The position numbers were made by a program, and so were the translations under genes. Shown one piece after another: positions 40,161 through 51,100 of a DNA stretch of 64,000 bases. Source of the DNA: Vitrella brassicaformis CCMP3155 (taxonomy: Eukaryota > Protista > Chromerida); assembly GCA_001179505.1 (NCBI GenBank), contig CDMY01000329.1, positions 1 to 64,000 on the forward strand, in the 5' to 3' direction. Below the pieces are notes generated by a model. The model saw only the letters and a list, made by a program, of their open reading frames with translations. It made no database searches and was not told the DNA's origin. How positions within the stretch are numbered: the first letter of the stretch is position 1; every line of letters begins with the position of its first letter.

Positions 40161-41043
40161 CATGGCTGGCCCGGTTTGGCCAGCGCATCCTGCGAGAGCA
40201 GCGACACGTCGCTCGCCTTGCTGATGATACTGCCGATGATGTCTTTTATCGCGTCGTGCATGTGCTGATCGATGAAACGCACACACAGAGGCACAAGTGC
40301 ATCCAATCACATGACAAGCAAATGTGTGCGTGTGCCTGGCAGGTGACGTACCTCGGCGTGTTCTTTCTTGAGTCTTCGGAGGTGTTTGGCGGCTTCGCAC
40401 GGCTTCTCTTTATGCACACCAGCACCCACAGGAGCAGCAGGTGGCAGCACGTGACTGACAGACAAAGACAGAGGCAAAGAGACATTGGTGAAAATGCAAT
40501 GGTGTTGACTTTATGTGGATTACTCTGGCTGTTGTTGCTGTTGCGCGAGTTCGTTCTCCTCCTCTTGCTGTCTGTTGGCCTCCCTCTCGCGCTCGGCTCC
40601 GATCTCCTCGTGATGCTCTCTCTCAGATGCCAACTCCTTCCTGTTGATGACACACAAACGCTGTCATTTGATGTGGTGTGAGTATGTGTCATGGTGTGTG
40701 TCTGTGTGTTTTCGCTGACTGACTCTTCTTCTTTGGCTTCTTCCTCCTCCACCTCCTTCAACACATCAGCCACTGACTCACCGCCACTAGAGGCACAGAG
40801 ACACACACAAGCAAGCAAGACAGGCACTGATGGATCATACACGTCTGTGTGTCTCTCATGTGTGTCTCACACTCACTGTTCCTCTTCGTTCTGCTCTTTC
40901 TCCTCGTGATTGGTCGCCTCCTCACTTTGGTCGCTTGGGAGGGCGAGGGCTGTCTGCTTGTGACTGTGGGAGTCGTGGCGGCATGACGCAATGTCGGGCA
41001 TCATGAGAGCCGCCAAGGCAATTAACACAACCAGAAATCGCAT
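40161..41043 (-). CDS. Small secreted Glu/Gln-rich hypothetical protein
   Basis: MRFLVVLIALAALMMPDIASC signal peptide, E/Q-rich exons, ends ..SQDALAKPGQP*. Confidence 0.6.
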
Positions 41044-41439
41044 GGCGGCGTGAGTCTGGTTTGATTGCCCTTTTTTGACTGTGGCTGAATGAGAAATGTT
41101 GGAGGGTGAGGCGGAGGCAGATGGTGTGCGTACGCGCGTACACGTTACTCAGATGTACGTGTACGAACATGCGATCGATGTTCTACATGCTATACGGGCC
41201 TGTCTGTCTCTTGGTCGTCCCCGTCCCACTTCTATTGTGTCGGTCCGTCGACACTATAAGAAGTCGCCTGGCGACGGACCAATAACACACAGGCAGCTAT
41301 GGCGACGCCGGTGGCTACGAATGCAGCAGGGAGACTGTCACGCGCACGTGTCCACACACATTTCCTTTCTCTCTCTGTACACGAGCTGTCATGCGGCACT
41401 GGCTACCGATGCATCGCATGCCCTTGTCGATCTGTCTGT

Positions 41440-41522
41440 CTATGCGAACATGCCGCCGAACATCCTCTTCTCCTGTTGTCTGGCACGCTGCTGGTCCGCC
41501 TTGGCACTCTTCAACGCACTCT

Positions 41523-41553
<31 letters not shown>

Positions 41554-44500
41554 CACGCACACCCACGCACAGAGAGAGAGAGAGAGAGAGAGAACGAGTC
41601 GTTAAGCCGCCAACACGCGCATCGGTGTGTTGTGTGTTTACCTTGATTGCAGCGTCCTGTGGTTCCATCTCTGCCGCCCTCTCCAGCACGCCCACCGCCT
41701 CACCGAAGAGGCTCAGCTGCTGACACGCCATGCCCTTGCGGTAGAGCGCCTTCGTGTTATCGGGATCCAACTTGATCGCCTGCAGGCATACATACACACA
41801 CTCACGCTTTTCCTTTCATCTGCCGGGCTGCTGCCCACCTTGTCGCAGTGGGTGACACACTCGCGAGAGCCCCCAAGCTTGAGGGCCACCAGGGCCAGGT
41901 TGAGGTGCAGCGACGAGAAGAACTTGGCCTTACTCGGCTCGCTCACGCCGCTCTTCTCGTACGGGATGGACAGATTGGCCACGGTGGTCGACAGGGTCTC
42001 CGTCGAGTCGGTGGACGTGCCACGGCGGTAGACGGTTGCCGCGTCGTTGCTGCTGCTCGTGTCCTCTGGTGGTGGTTGTGGTGGTGAGGGGAGGGGCGCT
42101 GAGGTTGATGCTGCCGGTGGTGGGATTGGTCGGCCGTAGTCGGCGTCTTGGTGTGAGTTGAGGAGGGACTTATACACGTCGAGGAAGCGGCAGTAGTCGA
42201 GGGCCAGCTGGTAGGCCTCCCGAGCACTGACCCAGCGCTGGTGCTGCATGAGGTCGTTGCCCATCTCCTTGAACTGCCGCGCCTTGTCGATCCGCGCCGA
42301 CTCCTCCAACGCCCACTGGTCCATCTCCTGCAGACACAGACAGACAGACATACACTCACACCCACCCACGCACCCACCCACGCATCCGGCGCATACCCGG
42401 TTGGATATCTGCATGAGCTCCAAATCCCACTCCACCTCCCCCTTTTTGTCAGCGGCACGAATGAGGGACTCGTCGAAGGCAACGACGCCAATCTCCCGCC
42501 ACCTCCCGTCCTCTCCCTGCCCCATCAAAGCGATGTTCGATTGGGACGGCAGCGGCCCCGCCACATGCAGCAGCTGGGCCTCGCCGCTGAATAGCGCGCG
42601 ATGACCAGACCGGAGAGTCTTGACGGCGCAGTCCACTACCAGCGGCACCTGATGATACCCCACCGTCCATTCTACGCACAGGGGCTCTCGGTCGGCCGTG
42701 CAGCGGTCCAGGGCTGCCTGGACGCTTTCTGCTGATGTGTCTGAAGGGGGAAAACACGCATGTGAGGGGAGTGGGTCCAACATCCGTGCGTGTGGCGAAC
42801 GCATGCGCACCATCATCCATCGGCACAGCCCTTAGCGGGCAGAATGCGCTCGTGAAGGTGTCTTCCTCGGCCACTTCATCTGCTCTCCTCTTCGTGTGCC
42901 GCGATGACTTGGTGCGCGACGGCCGGGATGGTGATCCATCGCCACTCAGACGCCGAAAACTCACGAAAACTACAGATAGAGGCCAGCAATCGACCAAAGA
43001 GCATGATGGCTTGGTAGATGCTCCTATGTCTGCATGGATACCTCTGACGCGGCAGCCGAGCTCCACAGGTTGCTGGCTGGCAGCAGCGGGGTGGGCGGGG
43101 GTCACCTCAACACGACTGATCGAACCCATGCTCTCACCAGGCACTATCGGGGCTGAGAACACACACAGCACAGGTGCATCATCCTGCCATCTACGCTTTT
43201 ATGTCATTGATTACATGGTATGTCGATTCGGTCCCTCTTTTTCCAGTCGAGCAGCTCGATGATGACCACACGTGACGGCGAGGCATCGGACGGAGATGGT
43301 AAAGGTGGGTTGGCATCGGTGGCGGTGGTGGCGGGGAGCGCCTGCTGGCTGTGCAGCAGCACGAGGGCCTTCTCTTGCTTCTTCATCGATGACAGCACAC
43401 GAGCGAGGCCCTTGTACGGCACCTGACCTGACACACACCACACAAATGGATGGTGAGTATATGCCAGTCTCGTATCGGCAGCACGAATGCATCCGGGCTC
43501 CGCTAACTGTCTGACACAAAGGTGATTCTCCTTCCCCTGCAAACCCCAACCATCCTAGAGCCACGATGGCCTCTGGCGGGAGCTCGTCAGGAAGTTGAAT
43601 ACTCGCCCCGCATGTGTGTGTGTGTGGTCTGTCTGTCTTTGCGCCTGTCTGTACCTTCAGACAGCGGGCATGTGATGGCGTCGTTGTTGCCCTGGTCATT
43701 GGTGTCACCATCTTCGTCGTCGTCTGTCTGTTCCATGCGCGTGATGGGTCGTTTGGTGATGCCCGTGGCCTGCACGTCTGCCGGTGACGGGAGGCTCCAC
43801 ACCTGACCATCCTCAAGGAGAGACGAGCCGTCCTCCACGCGAACTGACGACACAACAAAGACACATATCCCGCCATTGCCTCCTGCCGAGTGTGTGGAAG
43901 AAAACGGCTCACATGTGACGGTGTCCCAGAAGCGAGGAGAGGCCCAGCCAGACCCTGCAAGCACCAAGGTATGGATGCATCTTTCAACCGGTGACTGACT
44001 GACACGGGAAGATTGACCTCACCTTTCCGGAGGATCTTCTTGATCACGCAGCGGTCCTCCGTCAACACTGATGGACACCACAACAGCCACACACACGTGC
44101 ACCGACAAACACCAAGCCTTTTCCACTGTCCCGTCTCCCTCCGCTCACCCAGCACAGACGCCATGTTGACGAGCTGCACGTGATATCTCGTGACAGCGGT
44201 ACCGTTCCGCAGCTCTTCGTCGAGGACGGTCTCGGCCTGCCTCCCCGACGCCAGCCGATTGCGATGTGTCACCAGGCGGCGCGAGTTGCGGTTTGTGCGG
44301 AAGACCTCACCGTGTAGGCCACTCGAATGCACCTGGTCACCCGAGATGGTGTAGCTGTCAATGCACCGTATCTCGGCGACCTCCCCTCGCTTCATCAGAC
44401 GGACACCAAGGGCAACAGCATACGGCAGCTCACCTGACGCAGACAGACAGACACACATTGCATCCAACCGTGCGCTGCGTTGGTTAAGACGCTGACACAC

Positions 44501-45030
44501 CATCGGGCGCCAGATGGCAGCGGTGGATGGTCTCGTCCGTGCCGTTGACCGCTGCCGTGTCGGCGGCGTTTTCTCCCTCCCCGACAGGGGGCCTCTCTCG
44601 TGTGCTCTGAACACGGACTGCACACACACATGCACAAGCGAACAACAAAGGACGTCCTCTCATCCGCTGTGTTCATTGATTTGGGCTTTGGCCTGCTAAC
44701 CGAGGACCTCGTCGCCCCATCCAGGCTGCTCCAAACCCTGCAAGGAACCGAAAGGGAAGGAACAGAGAGCAGCACCATGATGCATCTCCCTGCATGCACC
44801 TCACGAAACTCACCATGCCCGTCTTGGTGAGTTTCTTGAGGCATTTGAGGTCGGCCGTCAACGCAACGGTGTCGCCGACCGAATCACTGGGAGGCTCGTC
44901 GTCAGAGTTCCAATCGTGAACTGCCGAAATGCAAGCAGAGAGACCCCGCGTATGTGTCCACGGATGATGCATGTGAGTCATCATCACGTGTCAGCGTACC
45001 TGGTGCGTCGGAGTCACCGTGATCCGACAT
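41440..45030 (-). CDS. Multi-FKBP-domain plus TPR immunophilin (ROF1/FKBP52/PAS1-like)
   Basis: CLKKLTKTG..PGWGDEV, LGVRLMKRGEVA, VIKKILRKG, GLARVLSSMKKQEKA; TPR KEMGNDLM, LHLNLALVALKL, AIKLDPDNTKALYRKG; ends EKRMFGGMFA*. Confidence 0.85.
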
Positions 45031-45186
45031 GCAGGTCACACGCGTAGATCACGGTGACTTACGGTGATACCAATCAAACTGCGTCCGAGGTATCTGCTGA
45101 GTGGACCAACACGCTGATGCTATCAACAGAGGGGAAACCGCTTCCTTTCTGACTCGACAAACGTAAGGGTTGTGGGGTCCAGGGTT

Positions 45187-45206
45187 TGCAGGGTTTCAAG
45201 CTCGCG
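45187..45206 (+). promoter_or_regulatory. Candidate promoter element TGCAGGGTTTCAAGCTCGCG
   Basis: 19/20 identical to 6247-6266; lies in the divergent spacer upstream of the sigma factor. Confidence 0.5.
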
Positions 45207-45339
45207 AGGAGATTCTCGAAAATCAGATCCCTAAATCCACCACATTTTTGGGCAAACGACTGATGGACATGATGACTGTCAGCTATTACGGCCATTCATC
45301 CACCCGCCGAGTCAGCTTTCGTCGTGCCGCATCGAGATC

Positions 45340-47096
45340 ATGGTCATGGTGAATTCAGTCGTGGATTCATGTGTCCAGCGGAGGCTTCTTGCCTTGTCGT
45401 TGTCCATCGGAAGGTGTTCTGTCAGCTTCTTGAGGCTCATCAACGTGCCCTTCCTCCTCCCCCTCTTGTTGCCCGTCCTCCCCGCCCTGGCATCCCCTCT
45501 CCCCCCGGCATACAGCTACAACCTCAAGAGCACCTTTCCGGGCCACAAGCAGCGCTCAACTCAGTCAATCCGGCTGCCCAAGCACCAGCCGAAGACACCC
45601 GTCGGGCCTGCGGAGGCCATTGCAGCTGCATCACGGCCGCTAAGGTCAGTTGATGGCGGAAACGTGGCGGAGACGAGGCTGAGAGAGTTGCTGAGTCGCT
45701 ACCGCGCCCAGGGAAGGCCAGACAAGGAGGAGAGGGTGTGGGGGGAGCGGCTGACCGAGTACAATCGGGTGCGGGCCGCCGTTATCAAGAGCAAGGACGC
45801 TGGGAGGGAATGGACGGCTCACTCTCTCGCACAAAAGGTGCAGCTGACCCCTTTCGCCTTGGTCAGAGTGGTCCGCGACGGCCGGGCTGCCGAGGAGTGG
45901 CTCACGTGGGCTTCCCAGCACGCAGCGAGCTATGTGGTGCAGCAGTACATGGGCAGGGGGACGCCCAGCGTGCGTCGGTGGCTGCCGAATGAGGAGCTGC
46001 TGCACGCTACCTTTGTGGGTGTGAGGCGGGCGTTGGTGAGGTACAATGCGACAAGGGGAGCCAAGTTCACGACCTATGCGCAGCGGCTGATGGAGCAGGA
46101 GGCATACAATGTCATCCAGGGGGCCCAGCCAATACAGTTTCGGGTAGGTGGGTGGGAGGCGGGAAGGAGGAACGGCGAGCGGCCTTCATGCAGCTGTGTG
46201 TGTGGTATGCAGACAAAGCGTCAGGAGAGGTTGGTTCCGAAACTGCGCAGTTATGAGTACCAGGACGTCTTGAAGCAGGAGGGGGCCCTCGCCGTGGGCA
46301 AACGACTCAACCTCACCCTCGAGTAGGCAACCAGGCCGTGGGCAGATGGGAGGCAGCACTGTTTGGATGTGTTTGTCTGTGTGTACGGTACGTGTGTATG
46401 TATGTTAGTGAGTTGGAGCCCATGTTGGAAGTGGCTAAGGGTCGCTACACGACCTTCGATCAGCTCAATACTCGGCTGGAGAGGGCGTATGCTGAGCCAG
46501 TGGGGCCATACGATGGATTCGAAGCCGCGGTGAGCTCACCCAGTGAGGGGATGGATGGATGGATGGATGGGTGGATGTGATGTGCGTGTGGTGTGTCACT
46601 CAGGGCGGTATTCATGTCGATGATCGTGATGTGGGGGTGGAGGTGCGTGCGCGGCACTTCATGGAGTCCGTCAACGAACGTCTCAGGAAACACCTCACGC
46701 AGGTGCGATACACACACAGCGCACACAGCGACGAGCATATGTGCCCTGGAAGTGATGGATGTGATGCCTCTGTGTGTGTGTCTTTCAGGTGGAAAGGGAC
46801 ATGATTCGGTTGATGTATGGTTTTGACGACTATGTGGTCAAGTCGCTGGACGAAGTCGCAAAGCTTACGCGGATACCCAGGCACCAGGCAGAGGAGGTGG
46901 GTGGCGGTGTGTGTGGGTGCCTGTGGACACGCTGTTGTATGTTATGTTGGCCGTGGTCATGCAGATATTGGTGTCTGGCATTGACAAGCTTCGCGACAGC
47001 CCTGACTTGCTGCAGGAAATCACTGACTTTGCTGGTGTGGTGCGGCACCGGGACAGTATCACGCCAAAAAGTGCTCTGCCGGTCGGCAAGTATTGA
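45340..47096 (+). CDS. Nucleus-encoded, probably plastid-targeted, divergent RNA polymerase sigma-70 factor
   Basis: Hydrophobic leader. Region 2 ELLHATFVGVRRALVRYNATRGAKFTTYA. Region 3-like helices. Region 4 ERDMIRLMYGFDDYVVKSLDEVAKLTRIPRHQAEEILVSGIDKLR. Confidence 0.8.
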
Positions 47097-47402
47097 CCTG
47101 CCGTGAGTGTGTGAGCTGATGTGCGAGTCACATTTGGTTGGTGGTAGTCGATAGTATGGTGATGTGATGTGATGACGCGCCTCTGGTGGGGCGTGACGGT
47201 GTGGATACTGACTGCACAATAGACTCTTATCATGGACAGATAGCCTACTGGCTGGATTCATGACATACACACATATATAACGCGAGACAATGGTCTGAAT
47301 GAATGACAAAAGCCCACGCGGTCCGCTCAACAAGACCACGTGCAGACGAGCAACAAGTCGGCTTATGGGAGAAGAAAACGGTGCACGGATCACAATCGAT
47401 TA

Positions 47403-48121
47403 TCAATCCTTGGCTTTGGAAGACCCACCACTGCCCTCGCTTTTCCGCTGCCTGTCGAACAGCTCCCTGTACGCCACACATACACATCACCGAGACCACA
47501 CACACACGAATGACGCACACCCCACCCACCCACCGCCCATACATGCGCACCTGACGTCCTCAGTGACGACATTTTTCCTCCCAGACGCCACTTGCGGCGG
47601 CACAAACATGCCACCGGGCTTCTTCTTCTCCTCTTTGCCAGAGCCGCCCGCCATCTCACCATAGCTCCGCTTCTCACCAGGCGCACTCGTCCTCGCCTTT
47701 GCCCTTGGCGCACTGGTGGCTGGCATCAGTGTGTGTGGTGCGGGTGGCGGCATGGCCCTGAAGTCCTTCTTGAAGAATTCTGGTGGTAGTCGCTCCTCGG
47801 TGTCCTCATCCATGGGAGCGTTGTCGGCAGCACCCTCCTCCAGAAACCTTGACGGCACTGATGAGAGGAGATTGGCGGCCGATGGTAGGGGTGTACGGAT
47901 CTGAAGAACCAAGGAACGACAAGCACATCACATGCATGAGGGAGCAGTTCTCCTCTTGTTTCCGCGTCGGCATGTGTGCATACCTTCTTCTTGGGTTGCT
48001 CAGATGACTCCGCGGGAGATGCTTGCGGAGCGGCCTTGGCCTTCGCTTTCGCCTTCGGAGCGGCGCCTGGCTCGGTTGTCTCGTCTTCGTCGCTGTCGTA
48101 ACCTGAAACGATGGCATTCAT
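47403..48121 (-). CDS. Small low-complexity hypothetical protein
   Basis: MNAIVSGYDSDEDE..., PLPSAANLL..., MFVPPQVASGRKNVVTED motif, 3 exons, ends SSKAKD*. Confidence 0.65.
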
Positions 48122-48196
48122 CGGCAACGACGCTGCTGTGCTACGAGAGCGATGCGGATCTGAATTCGGTGGTTTCTTCGGTTTTCTCGGGCTTGC

Positions 48197-51100
48197 ATGA
48201 GCTCGCAGATGGTGGGGGCGTGGGGGCCAGTCTCGGCACTTGGGAAAGCTCCAAGGACGATGGAAGGCCTAGCGTATGGCGCCTCAAAGGCCACTACCCT
48301 GGCGCCACGGGCCATCGTGGCGGTTCAGAACGCCGTAACCTCTGCTGCCAAACGGACGTCGTCAAAGAAGAAGCTGAAGGTCTATCACGTAGGCAATGTG
48401 GGTATGCAACACGCAGCGGCATGTTTGCAGTGCCTGCATCTGCATCTCGTCAGCGCAATCCCCCTGTGTGCCGCTGCCCGTGTTGGAAGCGTTACTACGA
48501 GGTATGGTCCATGCATTCTTCCATGCATTGATAGTATGTATGTGTTATTCTCTTTGGGTGCAGCCGTATGACGATCTGCGGGGAAAGACCGACGTAATAG
48601 AATACAGGCCAAAGCTGATCTACAGGATCTTCGACAGGTGAGCCGCATTGCAGTGGTGTTGTGATGAAGGCTCACGTGTACACGTGTTCTCAGAATGGGC
48701 GACCGGAACATCTTCACCTCACCATCGGCCCTGCCTCAGACAGTGAGTGCAAGGCACGATGATGACACGCTCTCCCCGAGCCCCGGAATCATGCACACCT
48801 TTACTTGCAGGGCATGGGATCAATCGTGTCTATCGCGGCGCTTCTTTTGTTATTAATCCTCTTCATCAACGCGTGAGACGACGGACAGATGCACCCTTTC
48901 TGCCTTTTTTACTGGAATCCATTTATCATTATTTCATCTACTTGAGCACCCAGGATGGTCAAGCTGATTGGGGGTGATCGTGTTACAAGTGCTGACGAGC
49001 CGATTGTATTGAACCTCGACTGCGTCAACACCAACGGCCACACAGACAGCTGCGAGATCGACCTGAGCTCCCTCAATCTTTGGGACAGGATGACGTACGA
49101 GCTAGGTTTCGGAAGCGGCGGCTGGATGGACTTCCCCGCGCTTAACCTCACCATTCGGTCAACCATCGAGTTTTACGAAGCCGACGGGCTGACGACTTTG
49201 CAGAAAATACGGATGGTGGATCGTACCAGGCTGTTTCCGGACCTCGTGAGCAGCACGGAGGGCATCGAGCATGCGATCGGAGTGACAGACAGCGTGGCGG
49301 TGCCGCTCAACACTTATCATCCATCCAGCGGCCTCATTCCCCCCGAACAGGAGTTCGAGCCAAGGTGATCGATCAATGGGGGCTGGCCTCGGTGGAAAGT
49401 CTCTGGAGATGGTGTATGTGTGTGGATGTCAGGTCGTTGTCTGACATGCAGGGGGCGGGGATAGCGCACTCCTTTCAGGAGTCGCTGAAATTCTTCTACG
49501 CGAGAAACGTATGCAAGTACGGACAAGCGGCATGTCTCGTGTTGCGATTCTGCATACATTCTCATATCAGAACATTTTGACGGACAACACCAAGACCTAC
49601 TTCGATCACGACCTTTACACATTCGTGCGCTTCGACTCCAAGCAGTTGCGAATGGCCAAGAGCTGCCAAGTGCAGCTCAGCGTCGCTAATGCCATTCAGT
49701 TCAGGGTCAGAAGAATACCTGCAATGAGTGAGGCGAATCGACACCATTGTTTGTCGGTGCAGGTGCTGGAAGAAGCCCTGAAGGGCAATCGAGAATACTT
49801 CAATGAGGTAGGGAGAGGGCTGATTGCTTCCATCTCTTTTTCCTCTTGAATTGGCTTGTTTGTAGGAGTATCTCTCGAGCTTTGCGACGTCGAATGTCTC
49901 ATGGGCGCCCAGCAACTGGGACTCGAGCACACATCAGTGGAAGACAACTAACCAGGACAATCTAGTGCTCATTTCGTCTTCGCTGACCAAGGTCGGTGTG
50001 TGATCTTTGTCCGTTCACCAATGGGCTTATTCGTATCTTTCTCGCAGGTTGACAAGGAGACGTTTGCCAACAGCACTGCACTCGGCCCCGATCGTGTCAA
50101 TGTCCCGGTATGAGACAAACAAGACTCCACAACCACGTAATGCGTCAGCCGACGTGTGTCTGTCTTTTCCAGAGCCAGATATCGTCTCTCGGTCTGGACG
50201 ATGAAAGCTGGTTGGACTGGCTGTTCTTTGTGGGCTATGTCAACAACTTCAACTACACGGTGCAATCAACTCTGTGCGACGGCCGGTCGCCCAACTACGC
50301 ATTCGCGTTTGCGAGCCCTCCCAACCAGACCGACACTGAGCTGCAACTCACTAAGGCACGCATACCAAGGCATAAGACGCCGGTAAGTCAAGCAAGGGAC
50401 ACACAGCATGGGGGCGACATGACAATCTCATGCAGGCCGGTGTGTTTGTCAGTTTTTCGTGCTTGTGACAGGCGATGTGGGATATGAGAAGATGCTGGTG
50501 ACGAATGTGTCGAGCGACCGGATGACATGGACGGTGCAGCGAGATTGGGGTGCTTTGAATTTTGCAGTGGCTCGTCCTCTGAATATTCCTCCTTTTCCAC
50601 CGAGCACATGGCAGTGCCACCCCAACAAGTACAACGACAGGAAGGCCTGCGATTGCAATTGTGGTGCCGCTGACCCTGGTACGATGAAGCAGTGCAAGAG
50701 TGAAGAGGCACGCTCGTCATTTATTCTCTGGCCTGTGTGTCTCTTGTGTCTCGTGCAGACTGTTTTTCGCGACAGGTACGGAAACTAGTGGGGGGGAGGG
50801 GGGTACAGAAAGGTGGCTAGTGAGGTTGAAGGTTGTCTCCGTGTGTGGGTCAGCAAGACGTCAAGAATTGCGCGTCAGGGGAGCAGTGCTCGCCACTTGG
50901 TCGATGCACGCGATTCGTTTACACGTGAGTGAGATGCATGGAGGGATGCACGCCCGAACATTCTGCTGATCTGTGTCTGATGTCCCAACAGGGAAGGGTC
51001 CGTTGCTGTCTCAGAGACATGTACGTATGTGCCCACGCGCTCACATGTCTCATTCATTCAACTGTCCCTGCCTGTCAGGCACGCATCTCATGCTGCCAGG

